Assembly: GCA_965652295.1 (NCBI GenBank)
Contig: CBFGTS010000006.1
Location: 192,001-256,000 of the forward strand
Origin: an uncultured Haloferula sp.
Lineage (GTDB): Bacteria; Verrucomicrobiota; Verrucomicrobiia; Verrucomicrobiales; Akkermansiaceae
Reading direction: 5' to 3'
DNA: 64,000 nt
The notes under the pieces are model-generated. The model was not told the DNA's origin. It worked only from the letters and a program-made list of their open reading frames with translations, and searched no databases. Position numbers and translations under genes: made by a program. Shown in pieces: positions 36,217 through 46,600 of the stretch; the stretch's first letter is position 1; every line of letters starts with the position of its first letter.

Positions 36217-38484
36217 GTGAACGTACCGCGCATCGCGTTCACTTTGCTGGTGCTGGCGCTTCCCACCGTGGCGGAGGATCACTCCTCCGCCACGGTGTCG
36301 GAAGGCCTCGGCCAGCTCGACGAACTGGTCGTCACCGTCGCTTCGCGGAACGAAACCGCGTGGATCGATTCACCGGGCTCGGTGCTCCAGGCCAGCGCCG
36401 AGGACTTGGTCCGTCAAGGCACCTACGATCTCGCCGGCTTCGCCCAATACGATCCCACCGTCAGCCTGCCGTTCGATTTCACCAGTGGCGACGGCGCGTT
36501 CGCCTACGGCCAGAGCGGCTACGGCTCGATCAATATCCGCGGTATCGAAGGCAACCGCATCGCCGTCGAACTCGATGGCATCCGCCAGCCGCCGCAATAC
36601 GTCTCCACCTCCTTCGACATGGGTGCCAGCGATGGTGCCGGCGGCATCGGCCGCGATTACTTCGATCCCGCTATGTTCGAAATGGTCGAAGTTCTCAAAG
36701 GCGGTGCCAGCGCCCTCTATGGCAGCGACGCGCTCGGCGGCGTGGTCGCCTTCCGCACGCCGGCTCCCGATTCCTTTCTGAAAGGGAACAACGCCGGTGG
36801 TCTCCTACGGACGCAGTACTTCTCTGCCAATGATAGCCTCGCCACGCAAGCCGGCGGAGCTTTGCGACAAGACGACACCGCCGTGATGCTGCTCTACGGC
36901 GGACGCTGGGGCGGGGAAACGGAGAACAACGGAAACCTGCCGCCCAATCCCGCCGACTTCCGCTCTTTTGCCACGCTCTTCAAGGCCGAGCACCGCATCA
37001 ACGACCACCTCTTCCGGCTCGCCGTCGAGTTGTTCGAGCGCGAGACCTCCACCGACGCCCGCAGCGCCGTGACCTCCGCCTTCCCGGTCTTCACCGGCCA
37101 CGTCTTCAACAAACAATACCTCGACCGCCAGCGTGTCAGCCTCTGCTGGGACCACGAATCCGGCCTCGACGCCCACCTCTACTGGCAGCACGCCGGTTCG
37201 CGCAGCGTCAACGACTCGGCCTCATTGCCGCTCGTCATCGGCGGCAATCCCATTCCCGGCACCGAACGCACCCGCGAGCAACGCATCACCTTCGATACCG
37301 ACATCGTCGGCCTCTCCACCACAACCCGCCGCGAGTTCACCGGACCATGGCAGCACGGGCACCAACTCACCGCCGGGTTCGAGACCTCGCTTGAGTCCTC
37401 GGAGAACACCTTCGTCCGCTCCGACTCCGGTGCGCCGCTCGATCAGAACCGCACCGGCTTCGCCCCCACCGACACCTTTCGCGCCGGGGTTTTCGTGCAG
37501 GATGAAATCGACCTCGGCAGCGGCTGGTCGCTCACCCCCGGGCTGCGCTTCGACTGGCAGTCGATCGATCCGAATCCGAACGCCGCCTACCTCGAACGTC
37601 TCGCCGCGCTCGGTCGTTTCAGCCAGGATCCGCCCGCCGGTTTCCAGAATCTCGCGGTATCCCCACGACTCGCCATTTCATGGAAACCGGCGGAGCCAGT
37701 CCTCGCCTACTTCACCTACGCCCACGGCGTGCGGAATCCCACCGCCGAAGAGCTTTCGATGGTCTTCGACCACCCCCCGTCCGGCGGCAGCCCGACTGGC
37801 AGCATCACCGTGCCGAACCCGGATCTGGAGGAGGAAACCAGCGACTCCTTCGAACTGGGTGTGAAATCCGAAGGCGCGCCCGGCCGCATTCAAGCCGCCG
37901 CCTTTTACACGCACTATCAGAGTTTCATCGAGAACGGCGTTCCCACCGGCACCGCGCCCGATGGCCGCGACATCCTCACCACGCTCAACCGCGGCGAGGC
38001 CGAAATCTACGGTGTCGAACTCTCCGGCATCCTGGAAGCGGGATACCTTCACCCCGCCGCCGATGGCTGGCAGCTCGGGCTTTCCACGGCCTGGACGCGC
38101 GGCACCAACCTGACCGACGACCAGCCGCTCAACTCCATCGAGCCCATGCAGGCCATCGGTTTCCTCGGCTACGATGATCCTGGTGGAAAATTCGGCGCAC
38201 GCCTCACCGGCACCTGGACGGCGGCGGTCGATCGCATCGATGACACCACCAACCAAGGCACCTACTTCCGCCCGCCTTCCTGGTTCACCCTCGATCTCGG
38301 CGCGTGGTGGCAGCCCACCGAGGACCTCCACGTCCACCTCGGCCTGAACAACCTGTTCGACGAAAAATACTGGACCTGGGGCAGCGTCCGCCGCGGCAAC
38401 GGCCACCTCGGCGGCAGTGCCATCGACGATCGCACCACCGCCCCCGGTCGCAATTTCAGCCTCTCCGTCACCAAGACCTTCTAA
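36217..38484 (+). CDS. TonB-dependent receptor, heme/hemoglobin-receptor type
   Basis: NIRGIEGNRI, EVLKGGASALYGSDALGGVV, RNPTAEEL, PNPDLEEETS, NNLFDEKYW, APGRNFSLSVTKTF; start placed at GTG 36217. Confidence 0.88.
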   Translation: MNVPRIAFTLLVLALPTVAEDHSSATVSEGLGQLDELVVTVASRNETAWIDSPGSVLQASAEDLVRQGTYDLAGFAQYDPTVSLPFDFTSGDGAFAYGQSGYGSINIRGIEGNRIAVELDGIRQPPQYVSTSFDMGASDGAGGIGRDYFDPAMFEMVEVLKGGASALYGSDALGGVVAFRTPAPDSFLKGNNAGGLLRTQYFSANDSLATQAGGALRQDDTAVMLLYGGRWGGETENNGNLPPNPADFRSFATLFKAEHRINDHLFRLAVELFERETSTDARSAVTSAFPVFTGHVFNKQYLDRQRVSLCWDHESGLDAHLYWQHAGSRSVNDSASLPLVIGGNPIPGTERTREQRITFDTDIVGLSTTTRREFTGPWQHGHQLTAGFETSLESSENTFVRSDSGAPLDQNRTGFAPTDTFRAGVFVQDEIDLGSGWSLTPGLRFDWQSIDPNPNAAYLERLAALGRFSQDPPAGFQNLAVSPRLAISWKPAEPVLAYFTYAHGVRNPTAEELSMVFDHPPSGGSPTGSITVPNPDLEEETSDSFELGVKSEGAPGRIQAAAFYTHYQSFIENGVPTGTAPDGRDILTTLNRGEAEIYGVELSGILEAGYLHPAADGWQLGLSTAWTRGTNLTDDQPLNSIEPMQAIGFLGYDDPGGKFGARLTGTWTAAVDRIDDTTNQGTYFRPPSWFTLDLGAWWQPTEDLHVHLGLNNLFDEKYWTWGSVRRGNGHLGGSAIDDRTTAPGRNFSLSVTKTF

Positions 38485-38486
38485 CC

Positions 38487-39269
38487 ATGAAAGTCCCCGC
38501 GCTCCTCCTTCTCCTCGCCGCCGCCTCGCTCCACGCCCAGACACTCACCCCGCTCCAGGACAGCGACGTTTACGCCTACCTCGACCGGCCCACCAGCTCG
38601 GTGGCGACCCTCGGCGTCAGCGCCAGCGGCACCGGAGCCCCCCACTCTCAGCGTTCGTTGATCCAGTTCGATCTCACCGGCGTCACCCTCCCCGCCAACC
38701 AGCTCGGCACCGCCACCCTCCGTCTTTACGTCGTCCAGCCCGATCCGAACTACGGGAACCTTGGTACGGGAGATGTCGGGGTTTTCCGCCAGGGTAGCGC
38801 GTGGTCGGTGGGCACGCTGCGCTGGAGCCACCTCCAGCCCGCGGAGGCGCATGGCACCTTTGCCATCACCGCCACCTCCGGCGACACCTGGGTGGAGATC
38901 GATGTCACAAGTCTCGTCCGCGACTGGCTCGCCGACAGCTCACCCAACCACGGTTTCCTCCTCCAAGCCGCCACCGAGGATCCCGCCACTCTCAACGTCA
39001 CCTTCGCCTCGATGGAGGTCCCCGGTTTCCGGCCGCAGCTCGTCCTCACCAAAGTGGAAGCCACCCCCACCCTCACTATCGAGCGTGCCGGGGAAAACAT
39101 CGTCCTCCGTTGGCCGTCCGCCACCACATGGGTCCTCCAGCAAAGCCCCACCCTCGCCCCCGGAAGCTGGTCCGCCGTGACCGCAGCGTCGGCCAGCGAT
39201 GGCGATGACTCCGTCCTCCACCTCACTCCTTCCGCCACCTCCGCCTTCTACCGCCTGACGCGGCCCTGA
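38487..39269 (+). CDS. DNRLRE/CBM96-like domain secreted protein with C-terminal domain
   Basis: RSLIQFDL, ATLRLY, WVEIDVTSLVRDW..NHGFLL, FASME..PQLVLT; ends AFYRLTRP. Confidence 0.82.
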   Translation: MKVPALLLLLAAASLHAQTLTPLQDSDVYAYLDRPTSSVATLGVSASGTGAPHSQRSLIQFDLTGVTLPANQLGTATLRLYVVQPDPNYGNLGTGDVGVFRQGSAWSVGTLRWSHLQPAEAHGTFAITATSGDTWVEIDVTSLVRDWLADSSPNHGFLLQAATEDPATLNVTFASMEVPGFRPQLVLTKVEATPTLTIERAGENIVLRWPSATTWVLQQSPTLAPGSWSAVTAASASDGDDSVLHLTPSATSAFYRLTRP

Positions 39270-39281
39270 GCCCCTCTCCGA

Positions 39282-41012
39282 TCAGTTGGGGCCGGGATAT
39301 TCGACGCGGGGATCGCTGAGGGTCTTGAGAAAGGCGACGAGGTCCGCGCGCGCTTCCGGAGACAGGTCGAGCCCGCCTGCGGGGTGTTTGGCGAGGTTGG
39401 GATCGAGGGTTTTACCGCGCCGCACGCCGGAGCTGTAGTGATCGACGACCTCCTCCAAGGTGGCGAAACGTCCATCGTGCATGTAGGGCGCGGTGAGGGC
39501 GACGTTGCGCAGGCTCGGGGTGGCGAACTTGAAAGCATCGCCGGGATCGCGGGTGACTGCGGCACGTCCGCGATCCCGACTTTTGGGGGGAAGGCCGTTG
39601 TTGTGGAACTGGTGATCGGTGAAAAGCGCGCCGCCGTGGCAGTGGAAGCAGTCGGCACCGAAGCGGCCGGCGCGCGGCTCGTACTCGGTGAAGAAGAGCT
39701 GGAAGCCACGCTGCTCGGAGGCGCTGAGTTCGGCCTTGCCCGCCATGGCGCGATCGAACTTCGAATCGAAGGAGGTCAGGGTGAGTAGGAAATTCTCGAG
39801 AGCCATGGCGATCTTTTCCTCGTTGGCCTCGAGCGAACCGAAAGCCGCCGTGAGTTCGTCGGCGTAGGCAGCCTCGACTTTCTCAACGACGCGGGGCGGC
39901 GATTCGCCCATCTCCCGCGGGTGGCGCAGCGGCTCGAGAACCTGATCGCGCAGCGAAGGCGAACGGCCGTCCCAGAAGAACTCGCGCTTCCAGGCGAGGT
40001 TGAAGAGCGGCATCGAGTGACGGCGGCCGGCCCGGCCGTGGATTCCGAGGCTGAAGCGGCGGTCATCGGAGAACCCGAGCGCGGGATCATGGCAGCTTGC
40101 GCAGGAGATCTCCCCGGTCCGTGAGAGCGATGCGTCGTGAAAGAGCTTTTTCCCGAGGACGACGCGGCTTTTGAGCAAGGGATTGTCGAGCGGCAACGAC
40201 GGGCGGGGAAAGGTCGAAGCGATCCGCAGAGGAAGAGGCTTGGGATCGGGAGGGAGGTACTTCGGTGTGATCCTCGGTGAGGTGACCGCGGGCGTCGGAG
40301 CAGGTGCGGGGCGCAGGGAAAAGGCGGCGGCGAGGTTCGCGCGGAGCTTGCCAGCCAAAACATCGCCCTTGCCGGAATGCGTGGAATGCCCGTCCTCTTG
40401 AAAAGACAGGGTCAACAAGCGGGACAGATCGAAGTCGAGATGAAGTGCCGCGGCCGAGGGAAGAGAGAGCGACAACTCGACCGGGGTGAGGTTCCAGTTG
40501 TTGGCAAGGTGGAACACGTAGCCGCCGAGTTCGTGATCGGGTTTTCTGTAGCGACCTTCGAGGGCGAGGAAGATATAACCCTGCTGCCAGTTCCAGTGCA
40601 GGCGGTTGAAATTCGGATTGAGCGGATGCCCGCCGGGATAGCTTGCCGGATCGGCGTGGTTGACGTTTTCCGGAAGACCGACGTGGAAGCGCAGGCCGGT
40701 AACGGGCTCGCTCGTGCCAGTCGGCAGCTCGAAGCGGGTGCGGCGTTTCGAAAGATCGATGAAGGCGACGGCTTCCGGAACGGCGTGCCAGACACCGGAG
40801 ACGTCGCGGGTCTCGAAGCCGGAAAGCAAGTAGCTCAGGCGGGTGACGGAGAGCGCATCACCGGTCGGATTTTCATAGCGCAGCGACGAGAGCCGGAGCG
40901 GCTGATCGCCGAAATGGTGGCCGACCTCAACGGTGAGGGCGATCAGCGGCTGGGCGAGCAGGACGAGGCCCGCAGTGGCGAGGGCGACAAGCGAACGCCT
41001 TGGGGAATTCAT
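39282..41012 (-). CDS. Fused MbnP-like domain and MbnH-like di-heme cytochrome c peroxidase
   Basis: LSYLLS, LHWNWQQGYIFLALEG (WxW), then LGKKLFHD..SCASCH, FFWDGR, DCFHCH, FATPSLRNVALTAPYMHDGRF; start 41012 or 41051. Confidence 0.88.
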   Translation of the reverse strand: MNSPRRSLVALATAGLVLLAQPLIALTVEVGHHFGDQPLRLSSLRYENPTGDALSVTRLSYLLSGFETRDVSGVWHAVPEAVAFIDLSKRRTRFELPTGTSEPVTGLRFHVGLPENVNHADPASYPGGHPLNPNFNRLHWNWQQGYIFLALEGRYRKPDHELGGYVFHLANNWNLTPVELSLSLPSAAALHLDFDLSRLLTLSFQEDGHSTHSGKGDVLAGKLRANLAAAFSLRPAPAPTPAVTSPRITPKYLPPDPKPLPLRIASTFPRPSLPLDNPLLKSRVVLGKKLFHDASLSRTGEISCASCHDPALGFSDDRRFSLGIHGRAGRRHSMPLFNLAWKREFFWDGRSPSLRDQVLEPLRHPREMGESPPRVVEKVEAAYADELTAAFGSLEANEEKIAMALENFLLTLTSFDSKFDRAMAGKAELSASEQRGFQLFFTEYEPRAGRFGADCFHCHGGALFTDHQFHNNGLPPKSRDRGRAAVTRDPGDAFKFATPSLRNVALTAPYMHDGRFATLEEVVDHYSSGVRRGKTLDPNLAKHPAGGLDLSPEARADLVAFLKTLSDPRVEYPGPN

Positions 41013-41035
41013 GCCGGCTGAAGCCGGCGTTCCAG
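41012..41035. repeat. Single REP-like palindrome
   Basis: TGCCGGCTGAAGCCGGCGTTCCAG; same CTTCAG/CTGAAG centre as the 610-689 element. Confidence 0.55.
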
Positions 41036-41047
41036 TCCACGGGTGTT

Positions 41048-42859
41048 TCATGGCGCATAGGTGTTCTGCGATTGCAGGGTCATCGTGGTGCCGCCGGGCG
41101 GCGTGAAACTGAGATAGGCCGAGTAGGCTTGACCCGAAGTGAGGGAAGCGTCGTCGAAACTCAGGCCGACTTCACCACTGGTTTGATTGTAGCTGGTGAT
41201 GGTCGCGGCGGGACCGGCAGGACCGATGGTCGCGCTTTCGATGGCGTCCTGGGGTGGCAGCGGCGGATTGGTGGCGAACTGTGCGGTGAAGCTCGCCGTG
41301 CCGCCTCCGGTGCCTCCACCGTCATTACTACCATTGTCGTAGGTGGCGAGAGCGGTGCGGGTGATGCGGTAGAACTTGGTGGTCTCATCGGTCTCCGGCG
41401 TGTCACTGTGAGACAACTGGTCATCCGTCGCCACCTGATCGGTGGCGACATCGGTCCATTCATCGAGGTCAGCGGACGTTTGAACCGTGTAGCTGCCACC
41501 CTCGACCGCGCTCCACGTGACCACGATACCAACATCGTCGTTGATGGACTCCGCGCTCTCCACGCTGTCCGGGCCGCCGAGGAAGATCGTCGTGAGATTC
41601 TCCGGGAAGTCGTTGAGCGTCTCACTCAACGTCGGATCGCCATGGTACTGCGCGGCGACGTTGTAGGGGAAGACCGGCTGACCGGTCGCATCCACATTCG
41701 TGAAGTAGGCCCAGGTGCCTTCGGGGAATTCGGGCGTCACGCAGAAGCGCGCGTTCTGTTCGTTGAGATCGTAATGAACGTCCTCGTCGAGTTCGCCGCT
41801 TTGATAGACGGAAAATCCGACAAGGTCTCCTTTGAACGCATAGTCCTCCATGTAGTACGGCAGCGGTGCGCTGGCTGAAACGTCGGGTCCCCACTGGTTG
41901 ATCGTGACGTCGTATTGGTCCTGCGCCACGAAGGTCCCGACTCCCAATCGCCGCGCGGCCCACGCCGGCAGGGCATGGCGACCGTTGGTGTTGATGTCGT
42001 AGGTGCCATTCGAACCGTCGCGGACGATGAAGCCGCTGATCATCCGGCGGACGCCGCTTTCCGCATCCATCGGCGAGCTGTAGCCATAGGGTCCGTAGAG
42101 CGGCAGGCCGTCGGCAAGCCAGCCGAGGATCGGCGAATGGGTGCCGTTGAAACTTTCCTGATAAGTGACCTCGCCGCTTGGCTGCTCGACCGCGTCGATC
42201 GAATCGCCGAGCAGATGTCGGATCTTCACCGGCGAGGCGTGGTAATGGAGCTGGTTGCCGGCGGCGTGGGCGTTGGATTTATCGAAAGTGTTGCCTTCGG
42301 TGATGTAGGCATCGTGGTTCCAGATACCATCGCCGCGGCCGAAGCCACCCGCGCCAGGACCGGTCTGGGTGCCGCTACCGGTGCCATTCTCGTTGTTGTC
42401 GTAGGAAAAGGTGTCGCTGGAGGAAAAGATGACCGTGCCATCGACCATCAGGCCGATCGTTGCCGCCGGAATGTCCGTCTTGGTCGTTGGAATGACCGGT
42501 TCGGCCGGCACCTTGAAGATGGTCTGGATGGCTTCCGGCCAGTTCCGGAACGCCTCCTCGCTGCCCCCTGGGCCGGTGTCGTTGTACCATGGGCCCATGA
42601 CATGCCCCGCGGCGAGTCCGGTGGTGCGGACATAAACATTCGAGTCATTGTAGCGTATCTCCTGAACACCGCCGTAGGCCGGAATCGTCTGGGCGTAGGT
42701 ACCGTTGTCCCAGGTGGTGACCGCATTCTGCGCCTCCTCGGCTTCGTAGGTCTCGAAAATGCGGGCGTAGCGGGCGGAGTCGTCGGTGTGCCAGGAATCA
42801 AGCAACGGCCCGGCGGCGAGAGGTGCGGCGAGGAACAGAAAGGAGACAAGACATTTCAT
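41048..42859 (-). CDS. YHYH domain secreted protein
   Basis: IGLMVDG, DKSNAHA..LHYHASP, HSPILGWLADGLPLYGPYG, DLNEQNARFCVTPEFPEGTWAYF, PVFPY. Confidence 0.88.
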   Translation of the reverse strand: MKCLVSFLFLAAPLAAGPLLDSWHTDDSARYARIFETYEAEEAQNAVTTWDNGTYAQTIPAYGGVQEIRYNDSNVYVRTTGLAAGHVMGPWYNDTGPGGSEEAFRNWPEAIQTIFKVPAEPVIPTTKTDIPAATIGLMVDGTVIFSSSDTFSYDNNENGTGSGTQTGPGAGGFGRGDGIWNHDAYITEGNTFDKSNAHAAGNQLHYHASPVKIRHLLGDSIDAVEQPSGEVTYQESFNGTHSPILGWLADGLPLYGPYGYSSPMDAESGVRRMISGFIVRDGSNGTYDINTNGRHALPAWAARRLGVGTFVAQDQYDVTINQWGPDVSASAPLPYYMEDYAFKGDLVGFSVYQSGELDEDVHYDLNEQNARFCVTPEFPEGTWAYFTNVDATGQPVFPYNVAAQYHGDPTLSETLNDFPENLTTIFLGGPDSVESAESINDDVGIVVTWSAVEGGSYTVQTSADLDEWTDVATDQVATDDQLSHSDTPETDETTKFYRITRTALATYDNGSNDGGGTGGGTASFTAQFATNPPLPPQDAIESATIGPAGPAATITSYNQTSGEVGLSFDDASLTSGQAYSAYLSFTPPGGTTMTLQSQNTYAP

Positions 42860-42887
42860 GGTGATTAGGGGAAGTATGGGAAGGCTT

Positions 42888-42906
42888 CCTGAACAGAAGA
42901 TGAATC
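42888..42906 (-). promoter_or_regulatory. Direct-repeat motif, copy 1
   Basis: CCTGAACAGAAGATGAATC on the plus strand, about 30 bp upstream of the YHYH start. Confidence 0.6.
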
Positions 42907-42931
42907 CGCCAAATAAATCCTCCGGCACCGC

Positions 42932-43651
42932 TCACTTCGAGGCCGCTGAGATGGTTTGTTTCCTTGGGGACGGGAAACTCAGGACCAGAGTGAGCGGGAG
43001 GCCTTTGGCGGGGAAGGTTTGCGGGAGCTGGGCGCGGTAGATGTCGTCGCGCAGGTCTTCAGCGAGGAGTTGGTGGGTGGCGAGAGCGGAGGGGTCATTG
43101 ATGAGGGAGAGAAGACTGAGTTCGCTGGCGGCGGCGAGTTTGCCATCGACGAGGGTCAGGGCTTGATAGGTCCAGGTGACGGGCTTGCTGTCGGTGGCGG
43201 TGATGTGGATCAGCTCGGTGAGATTGATCGATTGGGGTGGGCCGTTGACGTCCCAACTGACTTGGGCATGCAGCGGGGTGCCGGGTTTGACCGAGAGCAG
43301 GAGGGCGGCGATGTGGAGGTGGGTGGGGTGGACGTCGGTGATCAGCAGCGACTCGTGGGCTTTGCCGGCGGAATGAACGAGGGCGTATTCGAGTGGGCTT
43401 TGGGTCTCGGCGAGGGCGACGGGAAAGCTGAGTTGGCGTTTGGTGGCGTCGATTTCGATCTGGCCGAGGCGGAATTTGCCATGGCCGAGGGGTTCGACTT
43501 TGAGGCCCTCGGCTGCGGGAGCCGGAGGGTCGCTGTGAGCGGGCTGGTATTTGCCGGAGGGGTCTAGCTGGGTTGGATCCATGCGCGGGTCCTGGGCCAT
43601 GGCCGGGCCGGTCAGAACGCCGGCAACGAAACATGTGAGAAGGTGCTTCAT
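42932..43651 (-). CDS. YdjY-like domain protein
   Basis: Signal peptide; LEYALVHSAGKAHESLLITDVHPTHLHIAALLL; stop overlaps nothing, start overlaps the upstream stop (ATGA). Confidence 0.75.
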   Translation of the reverse strand: MKHLLTCFVAGVLTGPAMAQDPRMDPTQLDPSGKYQPAHSDPPAPAAEGLKVEPLGHGKFRLGQIEIDATKRQLSFPVALAETQSPLEYALVHSAGKAHESLLITDVHPTHLHIAALLLSVKPGTPLHAQVSWDVNGPPQSINLTELIHITATDSKPVTWTYQALTLVDGKLAAASELSLLSLINDPSALATHQLLAEDLRDDIYRAQLPQTFPAKGLPLTLVLSFPSPRKQTISAASK

Positions 43652-46600
43652 GGTGCCTCGGGGAGTTCGACGCGGAAGAACAGGGGCCCGGTTTGTGAGG
43701 GGAAATGCAGGTGGCGGATCTCGTAGTCGGCATCGATGGTTTCCACCGAGCTGCTGGCAGGTTGGGCGGGTGCTTCGGGGGCGGTGACCGGGTGCCAGGT
43801 GATCAGGTCGCTGCTGACGGAAACCTGGGAGTATATCTGGTTGTCGTTGCGGGGGTGGATGTAGGAATAGGTGCAAGTGCCGTCGAGGGCGGCCTGGATG
43901 GCGGGAGTGCCGGATGTTTCGCCTGGGGTGAGCGGGATGATGGACGGGTTTCGTGGGTCGCCGAGGTTGAAGAGATAGTAGAAGGCATTGGCGAGGCCAT
44001 TGCCTGAGGCATCGCCATAGGTCCCGCCTTTTTCCGGATCGTAGTAGAGGGTGTCGCCGAGATAGTTGTGGAGGTGAAGCTCGTGAGGGAAGAACGGAGG
44101 GACGTTGCCGACGGTTTTGAAATGCCCGCCATTGAGGCTTTGGAAGTAGCTGCCGGGGATTTCGTCCTGGCCGTTGGTGGGCATAGGGTCGCCTTCTTTC
44201 TGCCAGGATACGGAGAAGTGGCTGGCGCCTCGGTCTTCCTTGTGGAGCAGCTCGATGTAGTAACGCTGGCCGGCAACGAGGGGGATGTAGTCTGATTTTC
44301 CGGTCCTGCCGTCACTCCAGCTGCGCTCGCCGGTGACGTCGGAGTTGGCGGCGATGAGGGATTTGTGTTCGGGGTATTCGTCACCGCTGAGGTAGAGTTG
44401 GACGCGGTCGTCACCGGAGGCGAAGAAGCGGTAGTTGGCGGTCTCGATGGGCACCAGCCACGCGGTGACGCGGTGGCCGAGGTGGTTGTCATTTTGGACG
44501 GCGGTTTTGTAGTAGAAGGAACCGAGCGTGCCGTAGCCGTCGATGAGCCAAGGGTAGCCGGGATCGTCGGTTAGGTCGCTGATTTGGGTGCCTTCGGTTT
44601 CGGTGAAGTAGTGGATGGTCAGCGAGCCGGAGTTGGTGGTGTCCGCGTCTGTGATGGTGACGGTGGACGGGGTGGATGTGAAGACGTGGCCCACGGTGGT
44701 GGCGACGCAGTGGTATTCACCGGCGGATCCGTTGTTGAGCGGATAGAGCGAGAGGACGTAGCTGGTCTTGGGATCGCCGATGGGCGCGCCGTCCTTATAC
44801 CATTGGTAGAGGACGGCTCTCGGGCTGTTGACTCGGTAGGTCAGGCTTGCCGTATTGCCAACGGCACGATCGATGCTCGCGATGGGGTCGAAGGCGACGC
44901 TGGCCTCGGATTCATTGACGGCGTGGGCGAGCACGCTGGAGTCCATCAGCTCGATGTTGGAGTTCGACGGCGTGGTCCAGCCGACGGCGAGCGGGCCAGG
45001 CTGGAAGCGGTCGCAGCGGTGGAGAATCTGGATGGGATAAGCTCTTCCGGCTTCGAGATAGACCGGGGCGGATGCTTGTTCGGCGTTGGCGGTCCAGTCG
45101 TAATCTTCCGGCTCCTGGGTGCACTGGCAGAGGGTGGTGAAGATGCTTTCATCTCCGAGGTCGATGTAGAAAACCGAGTCGTTGCGGGAGGCGAGGTAGA
45201 AGCGGTAGGTGCCGGATTCTCGGGGGATGAGGAAGCCGCTGATCTTCCGGACCATGCTCTCGCTGATCGGTTGGAAATCGAGGATGAAGGCGGTGTCGAT
45301 CCAATCGCCGGTGCCATAGATGTTGGCGACTGTTTCTCCGACTCCGGTGCCGGCGAAGGCGCTGTTGTCGGCGCCGGGAGCGTAGCCGGCGGGGAGGGTG
45401 CGGATGTGGACGTGGACGCGGACTTTTTCCGAAATACTACGGCTGCCGTGGGTGGCGGTGAGCTGGAGCATGTAGGTGCCGTCGGCGGGGAAAGTGACCT
45501 GGGTCGAGAGGCTGTCCGGGCTGGCAATGTTCGATGCGGCCGGGCCGCTGAGTTGGGTCCAGAGCGCGCTGTCAGGCGTGAGCGCTTGGCCGAGGGAGTT
45601 GGTGAGGTCGAGCTGGAAATCGATGCTGCCGATGTCGGTGATCAGGGTGCGGAATTCCGGCTGGTCCCAGGTGTGCGGCGTTTGGTGGAAATCGATGATC
45701 AGCTCGTCGGTGTCCCAGCCGGGAACGAGCGATAGCCCGCCTTTGGCGATGCCGTAAGGCAGGGCGGTGTAGAGTTCGCCGAGCAGGTAGTGGCAGTCAT
45801 CGTCGTTTTCGAAAAGCGTGGTGAAGTAGGCGGGCGGGCCGTCGGCCACTTGGGCGAGGTGCCAGAAGAACTTCCAGTTCTCGAAGAAGTAGCGGCGTTG
45901 CTGGCTGGTCCAGTAGGGCATGGCCAGGTGGTTGAAGACGACGCCGGAGATGGTGTGGGTGTGGGCGTATTGGTGCTCGCGGTTGAAGCGGACGGAGTAG
46001 TCGGTCATGCGCGCGAGCGGCTCCTGCTCGGAGGCGGGCACGGGATTTCCGCCGAGGAAGGTGTTGTAAGCGAAGGTGGCGGCGGCGGTGCGGGCGCTGC
46101 CATCGCGGGCGAAGGTGGCGTTTGCCAGCCCGTGCCAGTAGTGGACGGCGCCGAATTCCGGATGGGCGCTTTCCTTGAGCTGCTGCCATTGCCAGGCCAT
46201 TTTCTGGGAGATCGAGGGATCCTCGTTGACGTCCCAACCCGGGGCGATTTCGGGGATGGCATTGGCGGGTTTGGTTTCGCCCGCGGCGTAGCCGAAATGC
46301 CGGCCGTCGCGCGGGGTTACTGTGAGGTCGAGCACCTTGTTGCCACTGATGTCGGTGACCTGGCTGGCCAGCGCGAGGGCGGCGAAGCTGCTAGAGGTGC
46401 AAATGTTGAAGCCGCAGTTGTTGTAGTCGCTATGCACGCCGGCATGGGCGCCCCCCGCGGGCGTGCGGCGACCGTAGCGGTCGCTCCACCACTGGACGCG
46501 GTTGGCGAGCTTTTCCGCGGCGGTCTGGAAGGCGGGATAGTATTGTTCGTCTTTGGTCTTCTGCAGGTATTCGGAAAGGAAGATCATCGCGACATTCAGC

